From Escherichia phage Shy: 42,805 nt of DNA. Location of the stretch: sequence record OR996328; one strand, given 5' to 3'. The notes below the pieces were generated by a model. The model searched no databases and was not told the origin of the DNA. It saw only the letters and a program-made list of their open reading frames with translations. Positions 18,573 through 26,355 of the stretch are shown here, piece after piece. A program made the translations under genes and the position numbers. Numbering within the stretch: position 1 is the stretch's first letter; each line of letters starts with the position of its first letter.

Positions 18573-19101
18573 CTTCCCGCAGTTCGACGAAAAGGTCGTT
18601 CGTCCGGTTTACTTTGTAGAAATCAGTTTCGAAAGTGGCCCGTTCTTGGCGAACACTTCCGACCGGAATATTACTGTCGGCGGAAAACTTTATTACGGCG
18701 TTGGTTCGCTTGGGCGAATCGGCGATTACACCACAACCAACGGTGTAACCGCTACGGCGTTAAAGTTGACCCTAACTAATATTCCGTCAACTATGACCGG
18801 TGACGTTGTTAACGAAAACACGCGCAATAAACCGATTAAGGTTTCGATTGCGCTTGTCGATAAAAACAACCAGCTTGTAACCGGTTTGATTACGTGGTTC
18901 AACGGAACAATTGATTCGTTAACCGTTGACTTAGGCCAAGTTGTTTCGGTTGCGGCTTCCGCATCGTCACGCTTGATTAATTGGGCACGTTCGGTTAATT
19001 CCCGGTATACTAACGAAGACCAGCAAGCGAAATACCCGAACGATAAAGGGTTTAAGTTCATCGCTTCGATGCCCACATTAAAAGTACGTTGGGGTTCATA
19101 A
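18565..19101 (+). CDS. tail-tip (hub-like) protein, paralogue of the C-terminus of the 915-aa protein
   Basis: 178 aa. VVRPVYFVEISF...YTNEDQQAKYPNDKGFKFIASMPTLKVRWGS aligns with IIRPVFFVQVGD...YTDEYQQLLHPGDRGFKFIADLQSTKLKWGD. Confidence 0.6.
   Translation: MRNFPQFDEKVVRPVYFVEISFESGPFLANTSDRNITVGGKLYYGVGSLGRIGDYTTTNGVTATALKLTLTNIPSTMTGDVVNENTRNKPIKVSIALVDKNNQLVTGLITWFNGTIDSLTVDLGQVVSVAASASSRLINWARSVNSRYTNEDQQAKYPNDKGFKFIASMPTLKVRWGS
19070..19077 (-). repeat. TGTGGGCA motif copy (minus strand)
   Basis: Minus-strand context ttaaTGTGGGCAtc, inside the 18565 CDS. Confidence 0.9.
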
Positions 19102-19538
19102 TGAAAGACATTCACGAATACATGGCGGAATGCGCCGAACAGCGTTTCGAATGGGGCAAGTTCGATTGTTGCACCTTTGCCGCTGGCGCTATCGAAATCG
19201 CAACCGGTGTTGACGTTATGCGCGATATTCGGACTTATAAGGACGAATCAACTTGCGCAATGATGCTTAACGATACCTTCGGAACGGTCGTCGTTCGGGA
19301 AGTATTCGAAACGTTGGTTAAGCCTGTCGGCGGTCGAATCATTGACCTATCCGAAGCCAAAGACGGCGACGTTGTTTGCATTCAATGGCCCCGCGCATCC
19401 GTCGGCAAAGGTCGCGTAGACCAACGTTGCGGCTTGGGCGTGTTCTACCGCAATAAGGCGTTCGCCTGTTTGCATCCGGTCGGAATTGTGCAAGTTCCGG
19501 TAACGCATCGCATTATCGACGTTTGGGGGTTCCGCTAA
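19101..19538 (+). CDS. NlpC/P60-like tail-tip protein (gpK / GTA g14 position)
   Basis: Start moved to the ATG at 19101 (TAATG overlap with the upstream stop). WGKFDCCTFAAGAIE and KDGDVV...ACLHPVG resemble a Cys/His papain-like peptidase core. Confidence 0.5.
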   Translation: MKDIHEYMAECAEQRFEWGKFDCCTFAAGAIEIATGVDVMRDIRTYKDESTCAMMLNDTFGTVVVREVFETLVKPVGGRIIDLSEAKDGDVVCIQWPRASVGKGRVDQRCGLGVFYRNKAFACLHPVGIVQVPVTHRIIDVWGFR

Positions 19539-22003
19539 TGCCCGCCGTACTTCCCGTAATTGCAATCGCCGTTGCGGCCGTGGTCGGTACGACGACCGCG
19601 CTTGTTATCGGTACGATTGTCGCCGTCGGCTTAACGCTGGCAATGTCGCGCAATATGTCCGGGGTTCAATCGTCACCGAACCCGGTTGGTACGACGTACC
19701 AGACGAACCCGTTATCGCTTACCTTTCAGGCCGACGCCCCGCGCCGTATGGTCTATGGGAAAGCGCGGATTTCTGGCGTCGTTAGTTACGCCAACGTATC
19801 CGGCGACGGTTACGAATATCTTTGGATGGTCGTTGTAATTGCAGCGCACCGAATCCAAGAAGTTACGCAAATCTATTTCGACGGCGAAGCCGGGCCGGAT
19901 GTTGCGGCGGGCTGGTATGAATGGTGGTATTACGACGGTTCGCAAACCGCCGTTGACCCGCAGTTGCACGCGACTTTCAGCGAATACACCGCCGATTGCA
20001 TCTTGACCGGTTGCGCGTATGCGGTCGTTAAGCTGAAATACGATAAAACCGCTTGGAAGAACGGCCGCCCTAACGTGCAATTCGACGTTAAAGGCAAACC
20101 GGTATACGACCCCCGCGACGGCTTGACCAAGTGGACGAACAACGGTGCGCTTTGCACCGCTGACTTTATGACTTCGGCCGACGGCTTGGGCGCAACTTCC
20201 GCCGAAATGGATTGGGAAACCGTTAAAGCCGCCGCCGACATTTCCGACCAAATCCCGGCAAGCATGGCCGCCAGTCTTTGCGACGGCCGATATACAATCG
20301 ACGGTGTTGTCGAACTTTCGACCAAGAACGGCGACACAATTTCGCAAATGCTTTCGGCTTGTGCCGGTACTGTCGTATGGACGGAAGGCGTATACCGCCT
20401 GTTTGTCGGTGCGGCCCGTACCGCTGTTTCGCGCCAGATTACGGCCGAAGACTTGCGGGATAATCCGTCGCTTCAACCGCGCACGCCGACCGACCAATCG
20501 TTTAACAGCGTCAAGGGTACTTTCCTTGATTCTACGAACGGTTGGGTATTTAACGACTTCCCGCCAGTATCCGGCGCTGAATATATCGCACAAGACGGCG
20601 GTATTCAGCAATTTAAAGATATCGTGTTGAACTTCACGACTTCGCCGATTACAGCGCAACGACTGGCAACCATCTTCTTACGCCGCGCACGGCTTGAAAA
20701 GACGATTACCCTTCCGTGCAAATGGACGGTATTTAATTACGAAGTTTGGGACGTTGTACCGCTGAACTTGCCCCAACTCGGTTGGATTTCGAAGCTGTTT
20801 CAAATTACCGATTGGAAAATGACGCCGCCGACCAATACCGACCCCGGCGGCATCGAACTAACGCTAGTTGAATACAGCGACGACATTTATTCCGACGATA
20901 TGGACTTAAAGCCGATTGACGGCGGCGGTCAAATCATCGTACCGGATGTTACCCAACCGAAGCCGTTGTCGGTTCTGTACGCGACTTCGGGCGTTACCGC
21001 TGTTGAACCGGGCACCAACAAACCCCGCGTTCGCTTTGACTGGCCGCAATCCGCCGATATTTACGTCGTTGGTTACGAACTGGCTTACGGCAAGTATCCG
21101 TTTACGCCTGTCGATTCCGACTATATCTTTATGTCGGGTCGCACGACGATAACGTATACAACGCCGCCGCTTGGCGCTGGCGACACGTATATCGGCTATA
21201 TCCGAACCGTGAACAGTTACGAAAAGCGTTCTACGACTACGCCTTCGAATACGGTTGTCGTTGTCGGCCTTGGGTCTGAATACCCGGAAGCCGTCCAATC
21301 GCTGACCTTTAACGTTGTCGATAGCCTGTACGGCGACCTTGCTTGGTCGGCCCCGCTTCCGGGTTCGCTGGCGGCTTCGACGGTCATTGTGTGGGCAAAG
21401 TCGATTGAAGATTACGAACAAGGTGTTATCGTTGCGACGATTCCGCTTCCGCAAACGACGTTGCGCGTTCAACGCGAAATTCAAGACGGCGTTTACTTCG
21501 CGGCGTTCGTATCCGACGCGGGTATGGTCGGCGTTCCGGCAAGTGTTGCGGCAACCGGTCGCCCGCCCGCTACTATCGTCAAGCAAACCGGTTTTAGCAA
21601 GTACGAAGGCGATTTGATTAACGGTGTTTGGGTTACGCCGTACAAAGCGGTTGTCGATTCGCAACAACTGGCGGCGTCGCTTGGTTGGGAAGTGTTCGAT
21701 ATGATGGTTCCGGCACCTTTCGGCCAGTGCGAATACTGGTCTAAAGATGCGACGTATCAGGCACCGCCCGCAACCCTTCGTGTATCCGGTTCGGTCGGCT
21801 GGCTTCGTTCGCCAAACATTCCGGGCGTATTGCCGACTTTGAATGCGTCGGCGCAAGTGGCGCATTTCGATAGTACCGAATACCAACAAGGGCAATTCGT
21901 ATTAACCGGCGATGCCAATATTAAACTTGGTTTCCGGGCTACCGTTACCGACCCCCAAGGCGTACAATTCTTGGGCCTTAATTCGACGTTGGAGAAACTA
22001 TAA
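19538..22003 (+). CDS. host specificity / central tail fibre protein (gpJ / GTA g15-like)
   Basis: Start moved to the ATG at 19538 (TAATG overlap, GGGGG SD). 821 aa with an N-terminal hydrophobic segment. PRRMVYGKARISGVVSYA...IYFDGE fits J-like tip proteins. Confidence 0.65.
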   Translation: MPAVLPVIAIAVAAVVGTTTALVIGTIVAVGLTLAMSRNMSGVQSSPNPVGTTYQTNPLSLTFQADAPRRMVYGKARISGVVSYANVSGDGYEYLWMVVVIAAHRIQEVTQIYFDGEAGPDVAAGWYEWWYYDGSQTAVDPQLHATFSEYTADCILTGCAYAVVKLKYDKTAWKNGRPNVQFDVKGKPVYDPRDGLTKWTNNGALCTADFMTSADGLGATSAEMDWETVKAAADISDQIPASMAASLCDGRYTIDGVVELSTKNGDTISQMLSACAGTVVWTEGVYRLFVGAARTAVSRQITAEDLRDNPSLQPRTPTDQSFNSVKGTFLDSTNGWVFNDFPPVSGAEYIAQDGGIQQFKDIVLNFTTSPITAQRLATIFLRRARLEKTITLPCKWTVFNYEVWDVVPLNLPQLGWISKLFQITDWKMTPPTNTDPGGIELTLVEYSDDIYSDDMDLKPIDGGGQIIVPDVTQPKPLSVLYATSGVTAVEPGTNKPRVRFDWPQSADIYVVGYELAYGKYPFTPVDSDYIFMSGRTTITYTTPPLGAGDTYIGYIRTVNSYEKRSTTTPSNTVVVVGLGSEYPEAVQSLTFNVVDSLYGDLAWSAPLPGSLAASTVIVWAKSIEDYEQGVIVATIPLPQTTLRVQREIQDGVYFAAFVSDAGMVGVPASVAATGRPPATIVKQTGFSKYEGDLINGVWVTPYKAVVDSQQLAASLGWEVFDMMVPAPFGQCEYWSKDATYQAPPATLRVSGSVGWLRSPNIPGVLPTLNASAQVAHFDSTEYQQGQFVLTGDANIKLGFRATVTDPQGVQFLGLNSTLEKL
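21390..21397 (+). repeat. TGTGGGCA motif copy
   Basis: attgTGTGGGCAaa, inside the J-like CDS (V-W-A). Confidence 0.9.
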
Positions 22004-22653
22004 TGTCTGTATCTGAATTCGTACAACCGGACTTTACGACCCAAACGGCCGCTAATTACAAATCGGCTATCGACAACAGTATCGCGGTATTGGCGGAAAC
22101 CGGCCGCCAGTTCGCCCCGCGTGAAATGGCGACCGTCGGTATGGGTATTGCGATTGAAGCCGGTTTGCTTATGGACGGTTCCGTTATCATGGGAACCAAC
22201 GTAACCGGCATCGGTGCGCCTTCTGCGAATCCGCGAATCGACCGGGTTTATCTCGACCTGAACGACCGCACGTATCATCGCGTTGTCGGTACGGAAGCGG
22301 CAACCCCTACGCCCCCGGCAATTCCGTTCGGCGTGTTTCCGATTTGCCAAATTTCGTTGGAACCCGACGATACGGCAATTCTTAACGCCATGATTACCGA
22401 CGAACGCACTTTCGTTATGGCCCCTGTCGCGCTTCTTCAAGGCGGTTATACGACCGTCGTTGACCCGACAGGTCTTATCCGTCTGTTGATTGGTGCGCCG
22501 GGTATCGACCATCGGATTATTCTTCGAACTCATACGTCCGACGCTGGTTCGTCAGTATTGATTCAAGATTCGTCGGGTAATGCGATATTCAAAGTTGACG
22601 GGGCCGGAAACGTGGTCGCCAAGGGCACCATTACCCCAAGCGGGACGCCGTAA
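22003..22653 (+). CDS. putative tail fibre / receptor-binding protein
   Basis: 216 aa, last gene of the structural operon (TAATG coupling). The C-terminus LIQDSSGNAIFKVDGAGNVVAKGTI looks like fibre-tip repeats. Confidence 0.45.
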   Translation: MSVSEFVQPDFTTQTAANYKSAIDNSIAVLAETGRQFAPREMATVGMGIAIEAGLLMDGSVIMGTNVTGIGAPSANPRIDRVYLDLNDRTYHRVVGTEAATPTPPAIPFGVFPICQISLEPDDTAILNAMITDERTFVMAPVALLQGGYTTVVDPTGLIRLLIGAPGIDHRIILRTHTSDAGSSVLIQDSSGNAIFKVDGAGNVVAKGTITPSGTP

Positions 22654-22712
22654 GCGCGTCGCAGCGCCTTAGCCGGTACTACCCTACGCACTAGGGGCAC
22701 GAACGCCCCGCC

Positions 22713-22748
22713 TAGCCCCGCCAGCGCAAGCCAGCGGGGCTAATTTTT
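22713..22748 (+). terminator. rho-independent terminator of the structural operon (convergent junction)
   Basis: TAGCCCCGC (22713-22721), 12-nt loop, GCGGGGCTA (22734-22742), then ATTTTT. It overlaps the stop codon of the minus-strand polymerase gene. Confidence 0.75.
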
Positions 22749-24882
22749 ACCATCCTTCGCCCGACCCTTCCAAGTCTTCGAACAGGTCTGGACGCTTCGC
22801 CTTCTTCGGCCCGTAATAGCCCATATCCGACAACATATCTTCGGCCATGTTCGTATACTGTTCGAAATCCATATCGGCCGGGAACGCGTCGGGTAAATCC
22901 ATAATCGGGCAAGCGCCTTCGCTATTGCCGACCGTGTTACCGTTCATAATGTAGTTAATCGTTCCGGTAACGCCTTTCGCGTAGTACCAGCGAATCGCCT
23001 TGCCCAAGAATAAGCCGTCTTTTTCGGCACCGCCCTTCACGTTCTTAACCGTTACGAAATCCTTGATATCGCGGCAACTGTTGACCGTTTCGGCAATGGC
23101 CTTACCTTCGATAAGGAAATGCGCAATCGCCTTCGCGCAAATTTCGTTGGTCGGTTGTTTCTTCAACGTGGTTTCGCCGAACACGCCTTTACCCTTGTAC
23201 AGCTTGTCGAACTTCGTACCTTCGGGGAACGTATCGACCCAAGATTTCGACGCCTTGTCGTAATGCTTTTTCAACGCGATATAGTTGTTAACGTCGCGGC
23301 TGAATACGCCTTTGTATTGGGTTTCTTCGGTTTCAAAACCGGTTAGCTTTTCCCATGCGGCGATAATTTCGTTAAGCTGTTCGTACTGGCTTTCGTGCGG
23401 CTTAATAACAATACCGTCGGTGTTCGCCGAAATAACCTTGATGCCCACAAGTTCCAGCATTTCAATTAGCATCAACAACGAAAGTTGGCCGGTCAACGTG
23501 GTTTGAATCAGAAGGTCGGGCGAATACAACGCCGAATACTTCGACCCCAACTTACCGAACGAACCGTTAATCGTAATCTTCAAGCTATCGGCGATAATCT
23601 GGTTAAGTTCTGCGACCGACAGGTCGGAAGACTTCGACAGCCCCTTCGCTTCAAGACGACGCGCAACGATGGTCTTATATACGGTAAGGAACGCCGGGCC
23701 AAGGTGTTTCGGGAAATATCCGTTATTGATAATGATATTCGGGTAATACGATGCAACGTCGCGGTCAATCAACAAGTAACCGTCGCGGGCGTAATGCGCC
23801 GCGCAATTCTCGGTCGAATGCAGACCGCCGACGCCCATTGTATAGACCGAATCGCCGATACGGATTTTCAGACCTTTAAGGAACGACGATTTCGGCCGCC
23901 CTTTTTCGCTGATTACGAACGGTGAATCGACCAACCGTTGCAATATCTGTTGCAACATCGGCGTTTGAAAGTGAACGAAAGCCGGGGGAACGTAATAGTA
24001 TTCGGTGCCCGGCGCAATCTTCGGTTTGCGGGCATAGTATCCGTTCAACTTTTCGCATTCCGCCGACAATACGTGTTCGGCGATTTGCGCATCGGAAAGC
24101 GAACGAAGGTCTTGCCCGTATTCGGTCGAAAGCTGTTCGCGCAACTTGATTTGCGGTTCTAAGTCCTTGAACAGTAGCGCCGTGTTATCCAAGTCGTTTA
24201 CGCAATAGAACCTAACGTTAACCGCCTGTTCGCGGGTCAATATGGTTTCCGGTTCGTATGGCAAGTCTTGCATACGTGGCGCGTGCAAACGCCCCGCATA
24301 CGTCTTCAACGACGCTTGAAGCGGGGCGACTTCGATTAGGTCAACGTGGTTAAACTCCGGTATCCGAATGTTGAATTCTTTTTCTATGTCTTCTTTGCGA
24401 TACGACTTGCGGTCTTTGGTTTCTAGTCCGTAATCCGCGTCGCCTTTAACCGGCCGCTTGTTGTCGTTAATAAGCCGGTTCGTAACGTATTTAAGTACGT
24501 TCATTGGCGCACCGGCCAGCGCAAGGAACAGTAAGAACCGGTCGAACTTGATACCGTTAAAACTGATATGCCGGAACGAATGAACGACCCAATTAAGTTT
24601 GTTCAAATCCGCTTGGCTGAATTGTGGGCAATCTGGCGACAGTTCGAACGTAACAACCTTGTTCGTTGCGATATCCTTAAATGCGATTAGAAAATAGTTC
24701 CAATAACATTCGATATCGAAAACCATAGTACCGCCCCGCGCTTCCCATAGTTCGCGGTCGGTAAATTCAACGTAAGGCCGGTTAATGATTGATGGGAAGG
24801 TTAAGACTTTCGGCACAAACGGGCCTTTCGTCTTCACCTTCGACCGCTTATTCGGCGCTAAATCCAAATCATCGAAGAACAT
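22747..24882 (-). CDS. DNA polymerase, family-B-like, with 3'-5' exonuclease motifs
   Basis: 711 aa. FDIEC is Exo I-like. DVASYYPNII resembles motif A (D..SLYPS), KITINGSFGKLG resembles motif B (K...NS.YG), and NTDGI resembles motif C (DTDS). The C-terminal RPDLFEDL is a possible clamp-binding peptide. Confidence 0.8.
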   Translation of the reverse strand: MFFDDLDLAPNKRSKVKTKGPFVPKVLTFPSIINRPYVEFTDRELWEARGGTMVFDIECYWNYFLIAFKDIATNKVVTFELSPDCPQFSQADLNKLNWVVHSFRHISFNGIKFDRFLLFLALAGAPMNVLKYVTNRLINDNKRPVKGDADYGLETKDRKSYRKEDIEKEFNIRIPEFNHVDLIEVAPLQASLKTYAGRLHAPRMQDLPYEPETILTREQAVNVRFYCVNDLDNTALLFKDLEPQIKLREQLSTEYGQDLRSLSDAQIAEHVLSAECEKLNGYYARKPKIAPGTEYYYVPPAFVHFQTPMLQQILQRLVDSPFVISEKGRPKSSFLKGLKIRIGDSVYTMGVGGLHSTENCAAHYARDGYLLIDRDVASYYPNIIINNGYFPKHLGPAFLTVYKTIVARRLEAKGLSKSSDLSVAELNQIIADSLKITINGSFGKLGSKYSALYSPDLLIQTTLTGQLSLLMLIEMLELVGIKVISANTDGIVIKPHESQYEQLNEIIAAWEKLTGFETEETQYKGVFSRDVNNYIALKKHYDKASKSWVDTFPEGTKFDKLYKGKGVFGETTLKKQPTNEICAKAIAHFLIEGKAIAETVNSCRDIKDFVTVKNVKGGAEKDGLFLGKAIRWYYAKGVTGTINYIMNGNTVGNSEGACPIMDLPDAFPADMDFEQYTNMAEDMLSDMGYYGPKKAKRPDLFEDLEGSGEGW
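23442..23449 (-). repeat. TGTGGGCA motif copy (minus strand)
   Basis: Minus-strand context aactTGTGGGCAtc, sense strand of the polymerase CDS. Confidence 0.9.
24623..24630 (+). repeat. TGTGGGCA motif copy
   Basis: gaatTGTGGGCAat, antisense to the polymerase CDS. Confidence 0.9.
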
Positions 24883-25901
24883 TAGTTTCGAATCCCCGCT
24901 ATTGCGCCCCGGATGCCGTCACCGAAGAAGAACGCTTGACCATTATACGACGTAAAGTCGGCCGACAACATATACGGTTCAATCATCAACAGCAATTTGC
25001 CGTTATACGCTTGGCCCGCTGGCAACCCTTCGACTTCGTATTGCGCCCCGTCCAAGCCGTCGGGATGCGACCGCATTTCGCCTTTTGCGAAGTATACGTT
25101 ACCCGTTGCGGTAAACGAAGCAACGGCCTTAACCGCGTCGAAGAATCCGTCGGGAAGCGGCCACGGGTTAACGTTCTTGTTCAAAATGGCGTCAACATTC
25201 GGCCAGCATTCCGAAAAAAGTTGCGTTTTGATAAACGATTCGTCGTCGAACCAGAACGTCGCGGAAGACGCCGAAAAGCCGAAACCGACTAAATCGCGTT
25301 CCGACTTTGCGATAACTTGCGCGGCGGCTTTCGGGATAACCAAGCCGGGCGGCAAGTCGATTCCGTGCCAGAACTCCAACACGACGATTTTGTTAGTCGC
25401 GTATACGGAATTCGCTTGCAGCAACAAAGACGCTTCAAGAACCGACGCCGCGCCTTCGGTAGCCAGTGCCATAACGGCCGCGAAGCCTTCTTTAATGCGG
25501 TTGTCGATTACGGCGATATTCGGGTCGGGATACGTGGTCGGCATCGACGTTAAATCGACGCACGGTACGACGGCCTTAAACTTGCCCGACTGAATCGTTA
25601 TCCGGCTGTTGTCGCCTTGGGTAATGCTGAACTGTTCCCCACATTTACCAAGGGCCGCCGCCAGCAAGTCGGATTGCGGGCACGCGGTCAAGTCTTCTTC
25701 GATGCGTCGGCCGATGGTCAATTGACCGTCGAACGCGCTAATCGTCTGGTTCTGTATGACTACGTGTTGTTGGTAGATATGACCGCCCTTCTTTTGGGCG
25801 GCCGATACGAATTTCAGGGCTTCAAGGAAACCAGCGGCGGCCGACGTTTCCTTAGCCTTGCGGGCGCGACTGCGACCCTTAGCGGCTGTTGCTTTCGCCA
25901 T
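24882..25901 (-). CDS. beta sliding clamp homologue (DnaN-like)
   Basis: 339 aa. ITIQSGKFKAVVPCVDLTSMPT aligns with E. coli beta MLVRSGRSRFSLSTLPAADFPN. FIKTQLFSECWPNVDAILNKN aligns with IFTSKLVDGRFPDYRRVLPKN. It is translationally coupled to the polymerase gene (TAATG). Confidence 0.6.
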   Translation of the reverse strand: MAKATAAKGRSRARKAKETSAAAGFLEALKFVSAAQKKGGHIYQQHVVIQNQTISAFDGQLTIGRRIEEDLTACPQSDLLAAALGKCGEQFSITQGDNSRITIQSGKFKAVVPCVDLTSMPTTYPDPNIAVIDNRIKEGFAAVMALATEGAASVLEASLLLQANSVYATNKIVVLEFWHGIDLPPGLVIPKAAAQVIAKSERDLVGFGFSASSATFWFDDESFIKTQLFSECWPNVDAILNKNVNPWPLPDGFFDAVKAVASFTATGNVYFAKGEMRSHPDGLDGAQYEVEGLPAGQAYNGKLLLMIEPYMLSADFTSYNGQAFFFGDGIRGAIAGIRN

Positions 25902-26115
25902 GTTCGGTACTCCGGTCGATTTCGGTAATCGCGGCTTGAAGGTAGTTCGCCATATCTAGGGCTTCTTCCAACGCGTGTTGCAACCATTCGCGAAGGGTCA
26001 ACGGGTTATTATCGGTCGTTACGCCGTATTTGGCAAGTCCGACGATAGACCGTTGCAACAGCATTTCGCGGTTCTTTTCGACGTTGCTGTCGGGCGATAC
26101 GGTAGGGTTTTGCAT
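25879..26115 (-). CDS. hypothetical protein (78 aa)
   Basis: SD TAAGGA lies 6-7 nt upstream. The helical segment GLAKYG...EWLQHALEEALDMANYL is faintly reminiscent of all-alpha NTP pyrophosphohydrolases, so no function is called. Confidence 0.5.
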   Translation of the reverse strand: MQNPTVSPDSNVEKNREMLLQRSIVGLAKYGVTTDNNPLTLREWLQHALEEALDMANYLQAAITEIDRSTEHGESNSR

Positions 26116-26124
26116 AACTTATCC

Positions 26125-26355
26125 TTAGAATGGAATGTCGAAGTCATGTTGCGCACAACCGTTAACCAATACTTCGGGCGGCGGTAATGCGTCGTAATAG
26201 TTGCATTTCGGCGGCGTATCCTTGTTCTTAGGGCAACCGTTTTGCGACCAGTGTTCGCAGTTCAAGCAAGTTTGAAGAATCATTGCGCCTTGCATTTCAA
26301 CTTGCAATGCGATTCGCAATTCGGCCTTACGGCGTAGTTGTTCGTTAATATTCAT
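26125..26355 (-). CDS. small Cys-rich protein ending in an SSB C-terminal-tip-like DFDIPF
   Basis: 76 aa with CLNCEHW...GC...C...C. The C-terminus ...GCAQHDFDIPF* was verified on the DNA (GAC TTC GAC ATT CCA TTC TAA on the minus strand). Confidence 0.6.
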   Translation of the reverse strand: MNINEQLRRKAELRIALQVEMQGAMILQTCLNCEHWSQNGCPKNKDTPPKCNYYDALPPPEVLVNGCAQHDFDIPF

